From: Podarcis liolepis
Taxonomy: Eukaryota
Assembly (NCBI GenBank): GCA_965112155.1
Contig: OZ218107.1
Length of the DNA stretch: 64,000 nt
Strand: one strand, 5' to 3'
Shown: positions 62,401 to 64,000 of the stretch, piece after piece
Layout: each line of letters begins with the position of its first letter
Numbering within the stretch: position 1 is the stretch's first letter
Program-made: the position numbers and the translations under genes
Notes under the pieces: model-generated
The model's database searches: none
Told to the model about the DNA's origin: nothing
The model's input: the letters and a program-made list of their open reading frames with translations, nothing else

Positions 62401-63217
62401 CAGCAATATGGGTGGATGGAAATCTGAAAGAAGGCATGATTGTTGTGCATAAATGAGAAACTGTGCAATTTTTATCTGATTTTTTCTTTTCTTAAAAAAG
62501 GTGGAATAACATAGGGCGTTAGAGAAGCTGAACCATATCACTTCATTTCTAGCAATCGTAGAGTCATCCCATAATAGCCCAGCAAGTGCAGAAACAGAAT
62601 GAACTTCTAATAGTTATGCAGGAACACCAGAAGGAGCAGTTGACAAGACAGAAATACTCTGCAGGCATTACAAATCTACACTATTTCAGATAAAAGCAGA
62701 TTAACTTGCAGTGGAGAAGGTACACTATGAACCAGAGCACTGACTGTGTTGCAATGTACAGACAGAACTCTTGTGTAAGCTGCCTTTCCTTTTCCTTTTG
62801 GTGGAAGGGACAGCACCATTAAAACATAACAGAAAAGGCATGGTTCTCCCATAGTGAAAGTGCAGGCACCTCTCTTTGCTGTAACATTTAAGACATTCTT
62901 TTGTGCAACCCACTTCAAACCAAGTGTTCTGAATGTATTGATTTGTCACACACACCTGAGAAACAGAATATATATAACAAAGAGGGAGTTGAGATTCCCC
63001 CCTCCCACTATTGCCAGATTAGAGAGAGAATGGTGTGAAAAAATGCAAGCACCTGGATAGATTTCAATGCCACTTCCATACAAATTCATTTTCTCCCCTT
63101 TTGATGAAAAAATTCACACTTTGCCAAAAGTACAAAGGAAGCTGCACTCACCGAACTTGTTGCTTCAAGCTGCAAACCACAGTTTATCAAGTTAGACTCA
63201 TACGCTAGCCTCTTCCT
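29039..63217 (-). CDS. ANO6: Anoctamin-6 / TMEM16F, 17 coding exons, 5'-partial (2448 nt, 815 aa plus stop)
   Basis: All exons splice in phase into one open frame matching ANO6 throughout (e.g. [64 protein letters not shown]-terminal RPKTE*). Confidence 0.97.
29363..30025. mobile_element. Palindromic MITE interrupted by a Sauria SINE
   Basis: Inverted ends GGCCACATCTGCA / TGCAGATATGACC and internal inverted arms (GGGTGCTGAGAA / TTCTCAGCACCC); boundaries approximate. Confidence 0.55.
29485..29812 (+). mobile_element. Sauria SINE, slightly 5'-truncated
   Basis: CCACAGAGCCTAGGACTTGCCGATCAGAAGG...GAGTCGGTCACGACTGGACC...CCCTTTAC. Confidence 0.9.
31512..31617 (-). CDS. ANO6: ANO6 exon (106 bp)
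   Basis: [35 protein letters not shown]; TAG acceptor, GTCAGT donor. Confidence 0.96.
31743..31825 (-). mobile_element. CR1-type 3' tail (SINE/LINE remnant)
   Basis: Minus strand GGGGTTAGACTAGATGATCCTCAGGGTCCCTTCC...ATTCTACGAT. Confidence 0.6.
31943..32073. other. Assembly gap
   Basis: Run of Ns within an ANO6 intron. Confidence 1.
32074..32296. mobile_element. Tc1/mariner-type MITE (left end lost in gap)
   Basis: ACCTTGG...CCAAGGTACGAC inverted ends; abuts the next element at a TATA site. Confidence 0.6.
32301..33182. mobile_element. Tigger-like non-autonomous element, family C (882 bp)
   Basis: TA-CCGTATTTTTC(T/G)CTCTATAACACGCA TIRs; internal ~90-bp direct repeat (~32820 and ~32974). 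Confidence 0.85.
33183..33226. repeat. (TA)n microsatellite
   Basis: Directly visible. Confidence 0.95.
33256..33458 (-). CDS. ANO6: ANO6 exon (203 bp) with non-canonical GC donor
   Basis: [26 protein letters not shown]...NQTTC(R); donor CAG|GCAAGT. Confidence 0.95.
35376..35581 (-). CDS. ANO6: ANO6 exon (206 bp)
   Basis: [34 protein letters not shown]...AVVTN; AG/GT boundaries. Confidence 0.97.
35963..36002. repeat. (AT)n microsatellite
   Basis: Directly visible. Confidence 0.95.
36268..36398 (-). CDS. ANO6: ANO6 exon (131 bp)
   Basis: WLKNLIGRF...[24 protein letters not shown]. Confidence 0.97.
37114..37211 (-). CDS. ANO6: ANO6 exon (98 bp)
   Basis: [32 protein letters not shown](P). 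Confidence 0.97.
38274..38893. mobile_element. Tigger-like non-autonomous element, family C, with GC-rich hairpin-forming interior
   Basis: TA-CCGTATTTTTC...GAAAAATACGG-TA; internal perfect 45-bp inverted repeat. Confidence 0.85.
39457..39626 (-). CDS. ANO6: ANO6 exon (170 bp)
   Basis: [56 protein letters not shown]. Confidence 0.97.
40445..40670 (-). CDS. ANO6: ANO6 exon (226 bp)
   Basis: [19 protein letters not shown]...[25 protein letters not shown]. Confidence 0.97.
41101..41322. mobile_element. hAT-like MITE
   Basis: TAGGGCTGCCA...TGGCAACCTA ends. Confidence 0.55.
41869..42110. mobile_element. Tc1/mariner-type MITE, family A (reverse orientation)
   Basis: CAGTGGTACCTC TIRs, TA flanks. 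Confidence 0.9.
43026..43103 (-). CDS. ANO6: ANO6 exon (78 bp)
   Basis: [26 protein letters not shown]. Confidence 0.95.
45527..45582. repeat. Compound (AT)n(AG)n microsatellite
   Basis: Directly visible. Confidence 0.95.
46202..46345 (+). mobile_element. Degenerate tRNA-derived SINE
   Basis: AGCTCAGTCGTGGAGCA head followed by CCTGAAACCCAGGAGAGCAGCTGCCAGTC body. Confidence 0.55.
46620..47322. mobile_element. Palindromic hAT MITE split by a nested element
   Basis: CAGGCA(C/T)AGGCAAACTC TIRs; exact TSD GTCTGGAG (46612-46619 / 47323-47330). Confidence 0.88.
46686..47244. mobile_element. Innermost hAT element with 52-bp internal inverted repeat
   Basis: TAGGGTTACCAGAT / ATCTGGTAACCATA TIRs; exact TSD AGCTAACA (46678-46685 / 47245-47252). 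Confidence 0.88.
48690..49031. mobile_element. Tc1/mariner-type MITE, family B
   Basis: Close copy of 27116-27433; TA flanks. Confidence 0.9.
49133..49278 (-). CDS. ANO6: ANO6 exon (146 bp)
   Basis: (V)[48 protein letters not shown]; donor CAG|GTCTGG. Confidence 0.95.
49557..49779. mobile_element. Tc1/mariner-type MITE nested in a short hAT-type MITE
   Basis: TA-CAGTC...GGTACCACTG-TA, flanked by the two halves of the ACATCTGGAAGGCC-type MITE. Confidence 0.7.
49926..50282 (-). mobile_element. Sauria SINE, full length
   Basis: AAAGGTAAAGGTAAAGG tail at left; head GGGGACACGGGTGGTGCTGTGGGTTAAAC on the minus strand. Confidence 0.9.
50825..50869. repeat. (CT)n microsatellite
   Basis: Directly visible. 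Confidence 0.95.
51884..52022 (-). mobile_element. tRNA-Lys(CUU)-headed SINE with CR1-type 3' tail
   Basis: Minus strand TAGCTCAGTCGGTAGAGCATGAGACTCTTAATCTCAGGGTC (tRNA-Lys-like), degenerate B box, then GGGGTTGGACTAGATGACCCTCGTGGTCCCTT...ATTCTATG. Confidence 0.8.
52218..52443. mobile_element. Tc1/mariner-type MITE, family A
   Basis: CAGTGGTAC TIRs, TA flanks; 80 bp from an ANO6 donor. Confidence 0.9.
52524..52584 (-). CDS. ANO6: ANO6 exon (61 bp)
   Basis: [20 protein letters not shown]. Confidence 0.96.
53458..53490. repeat. (CA)n microsatellite
   Basis: Directly visible. Confidence 0.95.
54103..54208 (-). CDS. ANO6: ANO6 exon (106 bp)
   Basis: [35 protein letters not shown]. Confidence 0.97.
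55726..55860 (-). CDS. ANO6: ANO6 exon (135 bp)
   Basis: [44 protein letters not shown]. Confidence 0.97.
56016..56151. mobile_element. Short palindromic hAT MITE
   Basis: Same family as 7108-7219; flanks TCTTAAAG / CCTTAAAG (7/8). Confidence 0.8.
57051..57166 (-). CDS. ANO6: ANO6 exon (116 bp)
   Basis: [38 protein letters not shown](R). Confidence 0.97.
57910..58375 (+). mobile_element. L2-clade LINE 3' fragment (ORF2 C-terminus and tail)
   Basis: Translation [22 protein letters not shown]...[14 protein letters not shown] is typical of L2 ORF2 ends; terminal TTAGCCACCCTGAG...GGGCAGGGTATAAAA. Confidence 0.8.
59133..59295. mobile_element. Tigger-like MITE (short)
   Basis: TA-CTGTATTTTTCCATGTATAAGA...TCTTATACATGGAAAAATATGG-TA. 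Confidence 0.75.
59839..59952 (-). CDS. ANO6: ANO6 exon (114 bp)
   Basis: [38 protein letters not shown]. Confidence 0.97.
60979..61257 (-). CDS. ANO6: ANO6 exon (279 bp)
   Basis: [35 protein letters not shown]...[10 protein letters not shown]. Confidence 0.97.
63152..63217 (-). CDS. ANO6: ANO6 exon (66 bp), most 5' exon in window
   Basis: CAG|[22 protein letters not shown]|GTGAGT. Confidence 0.93.
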
Positions 63218-64000
63218 CTGTTGAAATCGATTGAAAAATAGTTCAAGATTTTATTTTTTCCCTATGAAGAGCATAACAATTCATATTCCCAACAGAAATG
63301 CACCAAGGTCTTCGTGCAAAAAGAACAAATCAATGCGTTTAACTTATCACCAAGAAGCTTTAGAATCCGGCTTTCTTTGCATCTGTTTCACACATCAAAA
63401 TATTAAGCTCTACACACAATGTGATGAATCCATACAGCAAACACATGTATATGTTTGAACGTGTGTGTGCTCTACAAGCACACAAGTCAGGGAGTTGGCA
63501 TTGGCCATGGTTCTGTGAGTGTGCAAGGTGGCAAGTATGGGTTTGCCACTGAGTGCGAAGCAGGCGTTTTTCTTACAAACAGACATTGTTCATAAAACAG
63601 AACAAAAGTAAATATATAACAATACTGAATTTTAAGAAATAATTCTATAAATAACACAGACCACGTTTTCAATTCATAGAGTCTGTTCTACAGGTCAGTT
63701 ACATTCAGTTACATTCATGGGAATTTTGAGTTTGGGGGAGAAAGAGGTGGGGAGAGAGAGGTGGGAGAAAGAAAGGGGTCATGATCTTTCATTCTTTTGC
63801 ATAATGTATGTGTGGAGTTTTTGCATCAGTGTCACATGGGTAGGTTCTTTATTAATTTGTTTGTTTTTGTTGGCAGTGTGAGACACTGGAGTGCCCAGAG
63901 CATGGCTGGTTGCATTTGGTTGACTGCAGTGAGGTTTTTTCGTGTGTGCAAGGGGGTGGGGGTTGTTGGGTCAAATTAGTCATACCGATTCACACTATTG

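Overview
Vertebrate genomic DNA, almost certainly a squamate (lizard) judging by Sauria SINEs, a BovB fragment and lizard-type MITEs; a lacertid is a guess. The right part (29039-63217, minus strand) holds the last 17 coding exons of ANO6/TMEM16F, the Ca2+-activated phospholipid scramblase. These exons splice into an intact 2448-nt frame (815 aa plus stop); one intron is GC-AG and the first exons lie beyond the window. A long 3' UTR probably runs to about 23.3 kb. No other host gene was found in 625-23000. The far left has the 5' end of a young Gypsy-type LTR retrotransposon (370-bp LTR, 18-nt tRNA-Ser primer-binding site, start of gag). The window is dense in Tc1/mariner and hAT MITEs (many with resolvable target-site duplications, TSDs), SINEs, L2/BovB fragments and a solo LTR, and has two assembly gaps. 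Highlights: (1) a minimal type I hammerhead ribozyme motif in a TSD-flanked 127-bp Penelope-type insertion, in sense orientation in the putative ANO6 3' UTR; (2) an adjacent hAT element carrying a CpG-island-like cargo with NRF1 and CRE motifs; (3) long near-perfect intronic hairpins, one inside nested hAT elements.
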